From Ranitomeya imitator (lineage: Eukaryota): a stretch of 64,000 nucleotides of DNA. The position numbers and the translations under genes were made by a program. Where the stretch lies: NCBI RefSeq assembly GCF_032444005.1, contig NC_091283.1, positions 39,990,001-40,054,000 on the forward strand, given 5' to 3'. The notes under the pieces are model-generated. The model was not told the DNA's origin and searched no databases. It saw only the letters and a program-made list of their open reading frames with translations. Below are positions 34,322 to 46,434 of the stretch, in pieces (the stretch's first letter is position 1; every line of letters starts with the position of its first letter).

Positions 34322-36611
34322 TTTTGGCTTCCTGTACTGTTATGAAAGGCAATTCAGAATCACAATGGACATGGAGGTCAGAGCACATACAGTGAACTGA
34401 CAATAACCCAAAATAATAGAACGAGCTCTGAGACGTGGGAACTCTGCAGACCGCAATCCCTAAGCCTATCAAACCACACTAAAGGTAGCCGTGGAGCGCT
34501 CCTGACCAGAACCTAGGCGCCTCGTCACAGCCTGAGAAACTAGCTAATCCTGAAGATAGAAAAATAAGCCTACCTTGCCTCAGAGAAATTCCCCAAAGGA
34601 AAAGGCAGCCCCCCACATATAATGACTGTGAGTAAGATGAAAACACAAACATAGAGATGAAACAGATTTAGCAAAGTGAGGCCCGACTAGCTGAACAGAA
34701 CGAGGATAGGGAAGATAACTTTGCGGTCAGCACAAAAACCTATAAAAAACCACGCAGAGGGGACAAAAAGACCCTCCGCACCGACTAACAGTATGGAGGT
34801 GGTCCCTCTGCGTCTCAGAGCTTCCAGCAGGCGAGAAAAACCAATAAAGCAAGCTGGACAGAAAAATAGCAACAAAATAACATAAGCAAAACTTAGCTTT
34901 GCAGAGCAGCAAGCCACAGGAATGATCCAGGGAAAAAACAAGTCCCACACTGAAACATTGACAGGAAGCATAGATCAAAGCATCAGGTGGAGTTAAGTAG
35001 AGAAGAAGCTAACGAGCTCACCAGATCACCTGAGGGAGGAAACTCAGAAGCTGCAGTACCACTTTCCTCCACAAACGGAAGATCCCAGAGAGAATCAGCC
35101 GAAGTACCACTTGTGACCACAGGAGTGAACTCTGCCACAGAATTCACAACAGTTATCACGTTGGACAGGTGAGGAATATGGTTGTTTATTTATTTTTTTG
35201 CAGGGGAAAAGTGCTTCAGCTGAATATTGTTGTTTATTTTTTTACAAGGGACATGTGCTTCAGCAGCGTCATCTTTGAGGAGGATTTTTTTCTCTTCTCC
35301 AGGAAGATGGCGCCGGCAGCGCATGCACAGTAGCAGCTCTCAGATCACAGCTATAGACACCGATAGCTGCCACTACCCAGGCGCGGCGGGATCCATTTTC
35401 AATTTTTTTTTTCCGTAGCTGGATAACATCAAGAAAATGTATTATTGGCACACTAACCACGTCATTATGCTGCAGAGCAGGTGCCACGGCTGACGCCTGC
35501 CTGCAGAAGCGTTTTTTGTCTCTTTTTTCAGTATGTTAGGTATTTATTATGCAAACTAGGGGGCAGGTCAGTGAGGGATCAGTTTCAAAAAACTGACCGT
35601 CACATCCAAACATAGACTAAGTGTGAACAGGTGCTTAACCTAGAGTCACCAACTCATATACAGTCAAATAAATAAGGCAGCACACTGCGGCGCTAAAACA
35701 TGCAAACATGAAAATTGAACTGCATTACTGCGCTAGAAATATGAAAAAATGAGAGCGTTTCGTGCATAAAGTGTAGGACCTGGTATACGAAAGGACCTGG
35801 TATAAGAGAGATGCCCTAATGTGGCTACCAGGTACACATGAATTGGCCATTTTATGCGCTAAACGCAGTTTTTTGAAATTTGTATTCACTAGCCTTCTGA
35901 CTGAGCACTCCGCCTCTTAGCCACAGGTGTTTTAATCGCAGCAGGTCCATTACCCCTCCACAGAGAGAGAGAAATTTAGTCTCAGAAGAGGTTTCACAGG
36001 TACCCATTCAGATGAAGACGTTGTGTAGGACCTGGTATACGAGAGATGCCTTAATGTGGCTACCAGGTACACATGAATTGACCAATTTAAGAGGTAAAAG
36101 CTCTCATTTTTCATATTTCTAGTGCAGTGGTGCAGTTCAATTTTCATGTTTCATGTTTGCATCTTTTAGCGCCGCAGTGTGCTGCCTTATTTATTTGACA
36201 GTGAGGGATCAGTGACCTGTCAGCAGTCTGCAGTATGAATATATAATCAGAGCACCACATACCCCGGCCCCACCTTAGGGCGCGAGAATCTCATTATTTA
36301 CAAACTGAAAATAAAGATTAAGAAACAACCACAAGACGGATTTCATTAATCCAGGTATCATTTTAATCAGTATAACGGTGCCGACCTGACACTGTCTGTA
36401 GGTTACTATGAACAATCCTGCTGACAGGATCCCTTTAAGTGTTTTTTTTTTGCAGCCTTTTGATTGGATGGTACAAAGTTCGGAGCCTTTTCGATGTGGA
36501 GCTGCTTCAAAGAAGTGAGAACTTTTCTTTTCCCTCTGATTCGGTGATTTTCACAACCTGAAGAGGAAGAAAAACGGCTTTGCAATAGAAAGGAATAAGA
36601 AGAGTCTTTAA

Positions 36612-36972
36612 GGCTACGTTCACATTAGCGTTACGCTAATGTGCGTCGCTGTTGCGTCGGCGACGCAGCGGCGATGCAGCGGTGACGCGCCCCTATGTTT
36701 AACATAGGGGACGCGTGCGTTTTTTTGTTTGCGTTTTTCGACATGTGCGTCGTTTTCTTGTTTGCGTTTTTCGACATGTGCGTCGTTTTCGACGCTAGCG
36801 TCGGACGCACGAAAATGCAACAAGTTGCATTTTTCGTGCGTCCGATTTTCGTCAAAAAACGACGCACGCGTCGCAAAACGCAGCGTTTTTGCGCGCGTTT
36901 TTGGTGCGTCGCGCGTTGCGTCGCCGTTGCGTCGCCGACGCACCGGCGCGCAACGCTAATGTGAACGTAGCC
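36612..36972. mobile_element. PIF/Harbinger-type MITE
   Basis: taa|GGCTACGTTCACATTAGCG...CGCTAATGTGAACGTAGCC|taa; long palindrome. Confidence 0.88.
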
Positions 36973-37304
36973 TAAGGCGGGTTTTGTTTTGTTTTTTTGC
37001 AACTCTTCAGCTTTTTTTTTGTAGTAGTTCTACTAAAAAAAAAGCTCTTCAAAGCACTCCATGTGTACATGTTCTTAATTGCTCCAGGGCTGGTGGGCTG
37101 ATATAGAAGTAGATACTGGCAAAAGGCCTCTGATCGGGAGAGATCACGACCGGGAGTGCGGAGTTACAATCATAAAAGCAGTAATTATAAGAAAATAACA
37201 ATGTTCATGCGTTTAATGATATTGGCTTCAATCCACATGTAAAAGAAAACATGTCTGAAAGCAATGCAATGTATCCAACAGGAGGAAACCGAAATACAAC
37301 CACA

Positions 37305-37970
37305 TGTAGTAATAATAATAGTAATAAAAATAATAATACAAATAATAATAGTACTCAAAATAATAATAGTACTAAAAATAATGATAATAAATATAATAAT
37401 ATGAGAAATAACAGCAGTAATAAAAGTAATAGTAATAATAATGATATAATAATAAAAGAGTAATAATAATAGTAGCAAAAGCAATAATACAAAAAATAAA
37501 ATTAATGATTATGATAATAGTAATACTAAAATAAGAGTAATGATAATAGTAATAATTTAATACAAATAAGTCATAATGATAATAATGGTGATAATAAAAA
37601 TAATAATGATTATAACAGTAGTCATAATAATTTTTTATTTTAATATAATAATAGTAATACAAATAAAAGTAATATTAATTATAATAATATATAATAATAA
37701 TAAAAATAATGGTAATATAATAGTACTGTAATACAAATAAAAGCAATAGTAATAATGATAATAGTGCTAATAATAGTAATAATGATGTAATAATAAAAGT
37801 AATAAAAAAATAATGATTGTAATATTAATCTAATAATAATAGTAATGCAAATAAAAGTAAAAATAATGATAATAGTAATAATGATGATAATAGAATAAAA
37901 ATAATAATAGCAATATAATAATAATAATATAATAAATGTAATTTTAATATATAAATATATAATAATTAAA
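37305..37970. repeat. Degenerate (AAT)n low-complexity tract
   Basis: AAT/AGT/GAT triplet run. Confidence 0.9.
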
Positions 37971-38127
37971 ATATCCAGAACAAAAATGAGACAGAACATC
38001 CAACTGGCAAAGAAGTGAAATGATACTTGGACGTTCTGCCTCATCTTTGTTGTGGGTGTTTGTGAAGAGAGTACAGAGCCGGTGACCGTCGGAGGTTCTC
38101 GCACCCACAGAAGTGGAGCTGCTGCTA

Positions 38128-38133
38128 TTTATT
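38128..38133 (-). promoter_or_regulatory. Candidate poly(A) signal of IFN-lambda A, downstream of ATTTA motifs
   Basis: AATAAA on minus strand about 410 nt after the stop; ATTTA at 38142, 38147 and 38172. Confidence 0.5.
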
Positions 38134-38545
38134 TACATTATTAAATTAAATATCAATTCATTACAAAAATATAAATATTTAGAAAATACAAAAAAAATCT
38201 TTTCCTAGATTCAGAAATCATTTCTGGATATGATGAAGTTCTAGAGGAGTTTCTTCTTCTGTGCACCCTGAGCTGTAGAATCAGTGATCACTAGTGATGT
38301 TTTCATATTTTTCATATTAAAGCTTAAAGTGAACTTTTCAGGACAGTGTTTTCTAGTTATATGGCCGTATAAGTCTAAGTACAACAGATGGATCACTATT
38401 TGTTTATTGTTGTACAAAGTCCAACCACTAGTTTTGGTGATGTCCAGGTGGGATTGGCATTCCAAAAACTGACGTCTTCATTTGACCTTGGAGGGTGAAG
38501 AACATCCTCTAGACTCGTAGATCTACTTTTAATCCTTTTTGGTGC

Positions 38546-38635
38546 TTAGTTCCCATGAGCCCAACACGCAACGTCTTGCACCAATAATGGGATGAGGCCG
38601 AGTAACACTGCGTCCTGGAGACATTGTGAAGATTC
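38546..38635 (-). CDS. IFNL: IFN-lambda copy A coding exon 5
   Basis: tag|ESSQCLQDAVLLGLIPLLVQDVACWAHGN*; resembles mammalian ESPGCLEASVTFNLFRLL..DLNCVA. Confidence 0.85.
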   Translation of the reverse strand, partial: ESSQCLQDAVLLGLIPLLVQDVACWAHGN

Positions 38636-39265
38636 CTACAAAAGAATGACATCATGAGAATCCCTCATTTATTTTGCATATTCAAGGTCACAGCCAAGGC
38701 CAGCTCCATGTATATGCGGATCTTGGGTGGTAGAGTCACTTTCTGTCCCTAAGTTTCCTCCTGATAATCAAGCATTGAACATTTCTTCTCACCATGGGCC
38801 ACAAAGCCCAGTGGGCTCTGTTATTAACCCACCTTCCCCTGTAGAGTAGACCATATACTGATGGGTGTAATGGTCTCCAAAGTGGGGTGTGCATCAAAAC
38901 AATAGTACAATAGTTCCCTTGCAACCTCTTGGACCCACTAGACCCACATTGGATACCATCCTCCTCCAGCTGGCACCTCTGAGGGTTGGTGGTGCTAATG
39001 CACTCCCAGTGTCCAATGATGTCTAGTGCCAGCGTAAACTAGCTGGACATTGGAATCATCCATCCTTATGTCTACTACCTTCAACTTCTCCCTTCTACTT
39101 TACCAAGACTGTAGATGTCTATCCCGCTGTCCACCATTGCCATGCTGCCTTCAATTATCTGTCCTACATCTCTCCTCTGGACACTGCGCCTTCTAGATAT
39201 TACATTCATTATATTCCACTTAGTTTGAGACAAGAACATTCACAATTCTTGTGCAGGACACTTAC

Positions 39266-39346
39266 CACGTCCTTAAAGTGCTGAAGATGGTGAAACCAAG
39301 CCTTCAACTCATCGGAGGGAGTCTCACTGATTTCTGATGACTCTTT
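39266..39346 (-). CDS. IFNL: IFN-lambda copy A coding exon 4
   Basis: cag|KESSEISETPSDELKAWFHHLQHFKDV|gtaag. Confidence 0.82.
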
Positions 39347-39428
39347 CTGCCAGACAGAAGATGATGATAAGTGATGGATGATATGTCTAGTACAAACAAA
39401 CTAGGAAGAACAGGAAATTGGAACTTAC

Positions 39429-39572
39429 ACAGATCGTGAGATCATCTCTCAGTTTAAGGAAGATCATAAGAGACTGGGATCCGACATCTGTAGCACCAGA
39501 CGTGGACTTGCTCTGCAGGACATCAAGTGCTTGTGACACTCGATCCAAGATGAAGATGAGACGATCACTGGG
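39429..39572 (-). CDS. IFNL: IFN-lambda copy A coding exon 3
   Basis: aag|PSDRLIFILDRVSQALDVLQSKSTSGATDVGSQSLMIFLKLRDDLTIC|gtaag. Confidence 0.82.
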
Positions 39573-39664
39573 CTTTGGAGAAGATTAGAGTGTCACCTGG
39601 TTATTTTGGGGTTTCAGGTGGTGTTGGGGGGTCAGTAAGAGGAGCAAGACTGCTATGTACTTAC

Positions 39665-39742
39665 CATTAGGTCACACACAGATGGCTTGTGTCTCATCAT
39701 TCTTCTGTAGCATTTGATGGCAGTGGTGGACATGTCCTTCTC
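39665..39742 (-). CDS. IFNL: IFN-lambda copy A coding exon 2
   Basis: cag|EKDMSTTAIKCYRRMMRHKPSVCDLM|gtaag. Confidence 0.83.
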
Positions 39743-40022
39743 CTGTGGAAAAAGCAGGATTTTGTTTTTAGCTTTTCAGCATATAATATATTCAGTAGTA
39801 GAGACATCATTTAGAATATCTACTATATAGTTTATTATCCAGAGGGAGTGGAATGTCAGGAACCGACGCTCAATGCTTCAAGGCATCGGTGAATGGAAGC
39901 AGCTATTACTAAAGCCACCATGTAATACATAGTGTAGAAGATTTGGATCGGTTCCTGATTTTGGCGCCACCTGGACATCCATGATTTGACTCCTCTCTAT
40001 ATAACACATCCTCTCTCCTTAC

Positions 40023-40166
40023 ATGTTCATTCTGCAGTTGTCGGATCACCCTGATATCAGCGGACGATACTGATTGATATCTGGACATCGGGCAGCGTCT
40101 CTGGTGTGGAAGTCCGGTCACTGCCACAACTACAAGACTGAAGACGACCACCAGTCTGACGTCCAT
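40023..40166 (-). CDS. IFNL: IFN-lambda copy A coding exon 1 (signal peptide); 178-aa protein in total
   Basis: gccATGG; MDVRLVVVFSLVVVAVTGLPHQRRCPMSRYQSVSSADIRVIRQLQNEH|gtaag; cf. GCHIAQFKSLSPQEL in mammalian IFNL. Confidence 0.85.
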
Positions 40167-40379
40167 GGCTGGAGAATTGGTGTCGATTTGGAGTTTTTCT
40201 CTTCCTATGAACCTGGGTATAAGAATTTAATACATAAAACCTGATTATTATCCATCGTGTAAATGTCCTCAGCACTGATATATTCTGTATGTACACCCAG
40301 TAGAAGATGCTCACCTGCCCGGTCGTCTTTCTTCTCTCTGCGGCTCGTAGCTCTGTCTCATGTCTACCCATGTTTCGTC

Positions 40380-40540
40380 TTTTATATTTCAATCTCCAGG
40401 AGAAAAAATTCTTCATTTTCAGAATGTGCAGATATTTTCTATGTACGTCCAGAATACAAGTGACAGCAGACAAGTGACAGCAGCCATGGGAACCTACCGC
40501 TTTCTGTTTCCCTGCTGTACAGGTGAGAAGAAGACGTCAC
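40380..40540 (-). promoter_or_regulatory. IFN-lambda A promoter (TATA, GAAACAGAAA IRF site, CRE-like site)
   Basis: TATAAAA 40380-40386; GAAACAGAAA 40501-40510; TGACGTCT 40532-40539. Confidence 0.65.
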
Positions 40541-40794
40541 GTCGCTGGGAGGAGACTCGTACAGGTGAAGCATCTGCACAAGAATCCTCCCGGTGCTGCA
40601 TGAAAGAAAGGGTTAATTGTGATGGTTTCGTCTCTCCGGTTAATGTTCAGAATGTTCTGTTCAGAGCAGGGACGAGGATCTGCAAGGACTTTTTGTAGGA
40701 AGAAATTGTACTTAGAGAACGTACTTACTGATTAGATGTTCACTGAGTATTCCCGACTGTCGAGTGCACCTGAGGCTATCTTAGGTGCAGGGAG

Positions 40795-42389
40795 GTAGCC
40801 CATCCACCCAAAAGTAGCCCATCCACCCAAAAGTAGCCCATCCACCCAAAAGTAGCCCATCCACCCAAAAGTAGCGCATCCACACAAAAGTAGCCCACCT
40901 ACACAAAAGTAGTCCACCCACCTAAAAGTAGCCCATCCATGCAAAAGTAGCCCACCTACACAAAAGTAGCCCATCCACCCAAAAGTAGCCCATCCACCCA
41001 AAAGTAGCCCATCCACCCAAAAGTAGCGCATCCACACAAAAGTAGCCCACCTACACAAAAGGAGTCCACCCACCTAAAAGTAGCCCATCCATGCAAAAGT
41101 AGCCCACCTACACAAAAGTAGCCCATCCACAGAAAAGTAGCCCATCTACACAAAAGTAGTCCACCCACCTAAAAGTAGCCCATCCATGTAAAAGTACCCC
41201 ATCTACACAAAAGCAGCCTATCCACAGAAAAGTAGCCAATCTATGCAAAAGTAGCCCATCCAAGCAAAAGTAGCCCATCCAAGCAAAAGTAGCCCATCCA
41301 CAGAAAAGTAGCCCATCCACAGAAAAGTAGCCAATCTATGCAAAAGTAGCCCATCTACACAAAAGTAGTCCACCCACCTAAAAGTAGCCCATCCATGTAA
41401 AAGTACCCCATCTACACAAAAGCAGCCTATCCACAGAAAAGTAGCCAATCTATGCAAAAGTAGCCCATCCAAGCAAAAGTAGCCCATCCAAGCAAAAGTA
41501 GCCCATCCACAGAAAAGTAGCCCATCCACAGAAAAGTAGCCAATCTATGCAAAAGTAGCCCATCCACGCAAAAGTAGCCCATCCACAGAAAAGTAGCCCA
41601 TCCACAGAAAAGTAGCCCATCCACAGAAAAGTAGCCAATCTATGCAAAAGTAGCCCATCCACGCAAAAGTAGCCCATCCACAGAAAAGTAGCCCATCCAC
41701 AGAAAAGTAGCCCATCCACAGAAAAGTAGCCAATCTATGCAAAAGTAGCCCATCCACGCAAAAGTAGCCCATCCACAGAAAAGTAGCCCATCCACAGAAA
41801 AGTAGCCAATCTATGCAAAAGTAGCCCATCCACGCAAAAGTAGCCCATCCACAGAAAAGTAGCCCATCCACAGAAAAGTAGCCAATCTATGCAAAAGTAG
41901 CCCATCCACGCAAAAGTAGCCCATCCACAGAAAAGTAGCCCATCCACAGAAAAGTAGCCAATCTATGCAAAAGTAGCCCATCCACAGAAAAGTAGCCAAT
42001 CTATGCAAAAGTAGCCCATCCACGCAAAAGTAGCCCATCCATGCAAAAGTAGCCCATCCACAGAAAAGTAGCCCATCCATGCAAAAGTACCCCATCCACA
42101 GAAAAGTACCCCATCCATGCAAAAGTACCCCATCCACACAAAAGTAGCCCATCCACACAAAAGTAGCCCATCCACACAAAAGTAGCCCATCCATGCAAAA
42201 GTACCCCATCTACACAAAAGCAGCCTATCCACAGAAAAGTAGCCAATCTACGCAAAAGTAGCCCATCCACAGAAAAGTAGCCAATCTACGCAAAAGTAGC
42301 CCATCCACGCAAAAGTAGCCCATCCACAGAAAAGTAGCCAATCTATGCAAAAGTAGCCCATCTACACAAAATTAGCCCATCTACCCAAA
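40795..42389. repeat. 19-bp minisatellite AAAAGTAGCCCATCCACnn, about 84 copies
   Basis: Tandem array with recurring variant blocks. Confidence 0.95.
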
Positions 42390-43897
42390 GCAATATGGTG
42401 TGTACAGGAGACAACGCCCACAGTGGGTATAAGCCAGAAGTAGGCTAATCTCATCCACTGGATATGTCAACACAAAAAAACTTAAAGGGTTTTTTGATTT
42501 CCGAAAATCCCTGTTCCCTCCTCTGTAGTTTGTTAAAAAAAAAATAGACAGCACTTTACTCACCCTCACCGGGTCCAGCGCCGAGTCTCCACCACTGCTA
42601 CCGATGTTATTGTTCGCAGTCGACGTGACGTCAGTGCTGTAGACAATAAAAGACCCAGAGAGCAGCGGAGGAGACTCAGCTCTGGACCAGGGGAGGGTGA
42701 GTAAAGTGCTGTGTGTTTTTAAATAATCTGCAGCCGGGTGGACAGAAGTTTTTCTAAAAATGGGAAACATCTTTAGGGTATGTGCTCTTTCTGGCAGATT
42801 CGCCTAATAAAGTACTTAGCGTTCCAAATAATGAACGTTATGCACAGCAATGTCAAAAACGACTTGCTGCGCACATGTTCCATCTTTTGTAACGCTGTGA
42901 AATGGCTAAAATGGCGACTATTCCCATTCTTCACGCGGCTTCTGCTTACGAACAAAAAGACAGCAAAGAAGAAGCCTATGGAAAATACCGCCGGCATAGC
43001 CGTAATGATTACTCAGCCTCTTTGCATTTTCTAGATAATTATCTTTTGCACTTAACACATACTTTCTTAAAAATGACCCATCTCTTGCCATAAAATACTC
43101 GGTTTTCCTGATTCCGGCGATGTTTTTCTTGTGTTCCTGCCCCTCTCCGTTCCTGAGATATGGCCTCCTCTTCCCTGTATATAAATCTAACCTTTTTAGC
43201 CAACTGGGCGTGTTCCTCAACTTTTCTTTGTGACCATTTTGAAGAATTTGCCAAGCAGACGTCACCATGTCTTGCCTCACCCACTCTTATGGAGCTAATC
43301 AGGACTGGGGCAAAAAAAAAAAAAAGTTGCAGACATTTTGCGCAATTTCAGGCTGTTTTATGGCAGATTCCTGGAATATTCTCCTCTATGAATCGGCTCT
43401 GGATTTATTTGCATTTCCATCAGATAAAACAATGACGTATTTCTGACGAGTGACAGGTCGTGGAAGTGTCCACTTGGCGGATAACTGTGAATCTTTATTT
43501 CTGGAGGCGCTTGGTTCTCATTATGGAAATCCAGATACAAATCAGGCAATGCTTCATGGGAAAAATGTATGCAAATTAGCTGCCCTCCAGAAAGAAGAAT
43601 GTTCTCTCCCTCCTGCCCCCTAGCAGAAAGTCAGTGTGGAGCACCCTCAGGGCAAAATCTGCTCAGACACCGATCTACTGTTTAGGTGAAGTTTTTATGT
43701 GAAATGTTTTTTTAAATGATTGTTTATTATTTTTATTTTCATATAATAATCTCTGGTTACTTTCCAGGAAGCAAAAGAAAGTGCTGATCCTACGGAGATG
43801 TATAGAAATATGTTCTAGGATTACTCTGACCCGGGAGGAGGTGAGCTGTGACATCAGCTATTGTGGATGGTGGATCCTGTGTGATCTACTGTATATA

Positions 43898-45433
43898 ACA
43901 TAGTAACATAGTAACATAGTAACATAGTTAGTAAGGCCGAAAAAAGACATTTGTCCATCCAGTTCAGCCTATATTCCATCATAATAAATACCCAGATCTA
44001 CGTCCTTCTACAGAACCTAATAATTGTATGATACAATATTGTTCTGCTCCAGGAAGACATCCAGGCCTCTCTTGAACCCCTCGACTGAGTTCGCCATCAC
44101 CACCTCCTCAGGCAAGCAATTCCAGATTCTCACTGCCCTAACAGTAAAGAATCCTCTTCTATGTTGGTGGAAAAACCTTCTCTCCTCCAGACGCAAAGAA
44201 TGCCCCCTTGTGCCCGTCACCTTCCTTGGTATAAACAGATCCTCAGCGAGATATTTGTATTGTCCCCTTATATACTTATACATGGTTATTAGATCGCCCC
44301 TCAGTCGTCTTTTTTCTAGACTAAATAATCCTAATTTCGCTAATCTATCTGGGTATTGTAGTTCTCCCATCCCCTTTATTAATTTTGTTGCCCTCCTTTG
44401 TACTCTCTCTAGTTCCATTATATCCTTCCTGAGCACCGGTGCCCAAAACTGGACACAGTACTCCATGTGCGGTCTAACTAGGGATTTGTACAGAGGCAGT
44501 ATAATGCTCTCATCATGTGTATCCAGACCTCTTTTAATGCACCCCATGATCCTGTTTGCCTTGGCAGCTGCTGCCTGGCACTGGCTGCTCCAGGTAAGTT
44601 TATCATTAACTAGGATCCCCAAGTCCTTCTCCCTGTCAGATTTACCCAGTGGTTTCCCGTTCAGTGTGTAATGGTGATATTGATTCCTTCTTCCCATGTG
44701 TATAACCTTACATTTATCATTGATAAACCTCATCTGCCACCTTTCAGCCCAAGTTTCCAACTTATCCAGATCCATCTGTAGCAGAATACTATCTTCTCTT
44801 GTATTAACTGCTTTACATAGTTTTGTATCATCTGCAAATATCGATATTTTACTGTGTAAACCTTCTACCAGATCATTAATGAATATGTTGAAGAGAACAG
44901 GTCCCAATACTGACCCCTGCGGTACCCCACTGGTCACAGCGACCCAGTTAGAGACTATACCATTTATAACCACCCTCTGCTTTCTATCACTAAGCCAGTT
45001 ACTAACCCATTTACACACATTTTCCCCCAGACCAAGCATTCTCATTTTGTGTACCAACCTCTTGTGCGGCACGGTATCAAACGCTTTGGAAAAATCGAGA
45101 TATACCACGTCCAATGACTCACCGTGGTCCAGCCTATAGCTTACCTCTTCATAAAAACTGATTAGATTGGTTTGACAGGAGCGATTTCTCATAAACCCAT
45201 GCTGATATGGAGTTAAACAGTTATTCTCATTGAGATAATCCAGAATAACATCCCTCAGAAACCCTTCAAATATTTTACCAACAATAGAGGTTAGACTTAC
45301 TGGCCTATAATTTCCAGGTTCACTTTTAGAGCCCTTTTTGAATATTGGCACCACATTTGCTATGCGCCAGTCCTGCGGAACAGACCCCGTCGCTATAGAG
45401 TCACTAAAAATAAGAAATAATGGTTTATCTATT
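43898..45433 (-). mobile_element. 5'-truncated CR1-type LINE inserted in the 90-bp tandem repeat
   Basis: RT 44017-45354 (YLDFSKAFD, GVPQGSVLGP, FADD); (CTATGTTA)n tail; nearly identical to 61073-62601. Confidence 0.93.
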
Positions 45434-45905
45434 ATATAGAGGTGTTATCAGTCATTGTACAGGAGGAGGAGGAGGTGAGCTGTGACATCACCTATTGTGA
45501 ATGGTGGATCCTGTGTTATCTACTGTATATAGAGGAGTTATCAGTCATTGTACAGGAGGAGGAGGTGAGCTGTGACATCACCTATTGTGAATGGTGGATC
45601 CTGTGTTATCTACTGTATATAGAGGTGTTATCAGTCATTGTACAGGAGGAGGAGGTGAGCTGTGACATCACCTATTGTGAATGGTGGATCCTGTGTTATC
45701 TGCTGTATATAGAGGTGTTATCAGTCATTGTACAGGAGGAGGAGGTGAGCTGTGACATCACCTATTGTGAATGGTGGATCCTGTGTTATCTGCTGTATAT
45801 AGAGGTGATATCAGTCATTGTACAGGAGGAGGAGGTGAGCTGTGACATCACCTATTGTGAATGGTGGATCCTGTGTTATCTACTGTATATAGAGGTGTTA
45901 TGAGT
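45434..45905. repeat. 90-bp tandem repeat, about 5 copies (further partial copy 43830-43897)
   Basis: gaggtgagctgtgacatcacctattgtgaatggtggatcc unit. Confidence 0.92.
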
Positions 45906-46069
45906 CATTGTACTCTTGTCTATGATAATAGATAATAATAACACTGCTGCATTGTCATCTGTACAGAACTGAATGTGTAAGTCTATTATAATGCCAAGTG
46001 ACCCGGGTTCTGGTTTAGGCAATACCCTTCGTTGTGGCACAAGGCTTGTTGCAGCCTCAATAACGTTCA

Positions 46070-46434
46070 GGGTATGTGCAGAGGATCGGGAACTGGCAGC
46101 GCTTTGGACACAGCGCATGTTCGCTGCCGACTATTGAACGCAGATGAATCTCCATGTGATCACTGACCTGTGCGGAGTCACCGTGTCCAGTACATTGCAT
46201 ACAGGTGAAATGTATGTTGCGGAGGCTTGCGTTCCTCAAGAGAAATTGACATGCCGTGGTCTGGAGAGACGCCCGTTTCTGCGGGTAAGCGGTGGGCATC
46301 TGTGGACGCAGAGTGGACATAGGATTTCTGAATATCCCATCCACTATGCTTTAACATCTGGACACTGCAGGTTGGACGCTGCACAAGTACACAGCGTCCA
46401 TCCCGCAGCGTTTACTGATCGTCTGCACATACCC
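46070..46434. mobile_element. Harbinger-type MITE
   Basis: tca|GGGTATGTGCAGA...TCTGCACATACCC|tta. Confidence 0.7.

Larger units (their letters stand above)
23563..35151 (-). mobile_element. Ty3/Gypsy chromodomain LTR retrotransposon A (5' LTR 35151-34338; 3' LTR split into 30141-29705 and 23939-23563 by element B)
   Basis: TGTT...AACA LTRs of 814 bp, near-identical; TSD gttatc (23557-23562, 35152-35157); PPT before 30141. Confidence 0.95.

Noticed and set aside
24082-35172. Short ORFs within LTRs and antisense to gag-pol as accessory or env genes
   Set aside because: Shadow frames; not preserved between the A, B and solo LTR subfamilies; no env-like signal peptide or TM layout
37185-38104. 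Ile/Tyr/Asn-rich ORFs resembling membrane proteins
   Set aside because: (AAT)n low-complexity DNA
40732-42270. Repetitive Trp/Phe-rich ORFs and a CRISPR-like look
   Set aside because: 19-bp tandem array with no unique spacers, in eukaryotic DNA with no cas genes
42918-43284. Faint likeness to IL-10 or IFN C-terminal motifs (LRLCRRYF)
   Set aside because: Needs frame-hopping across several stops; not supportable without a search
45442-45903. 153-aa ORF with a 30-aa repeat
   Set aside because: Translation of a 90-bp tandem DNA repeat that is also interrupted by a CR1
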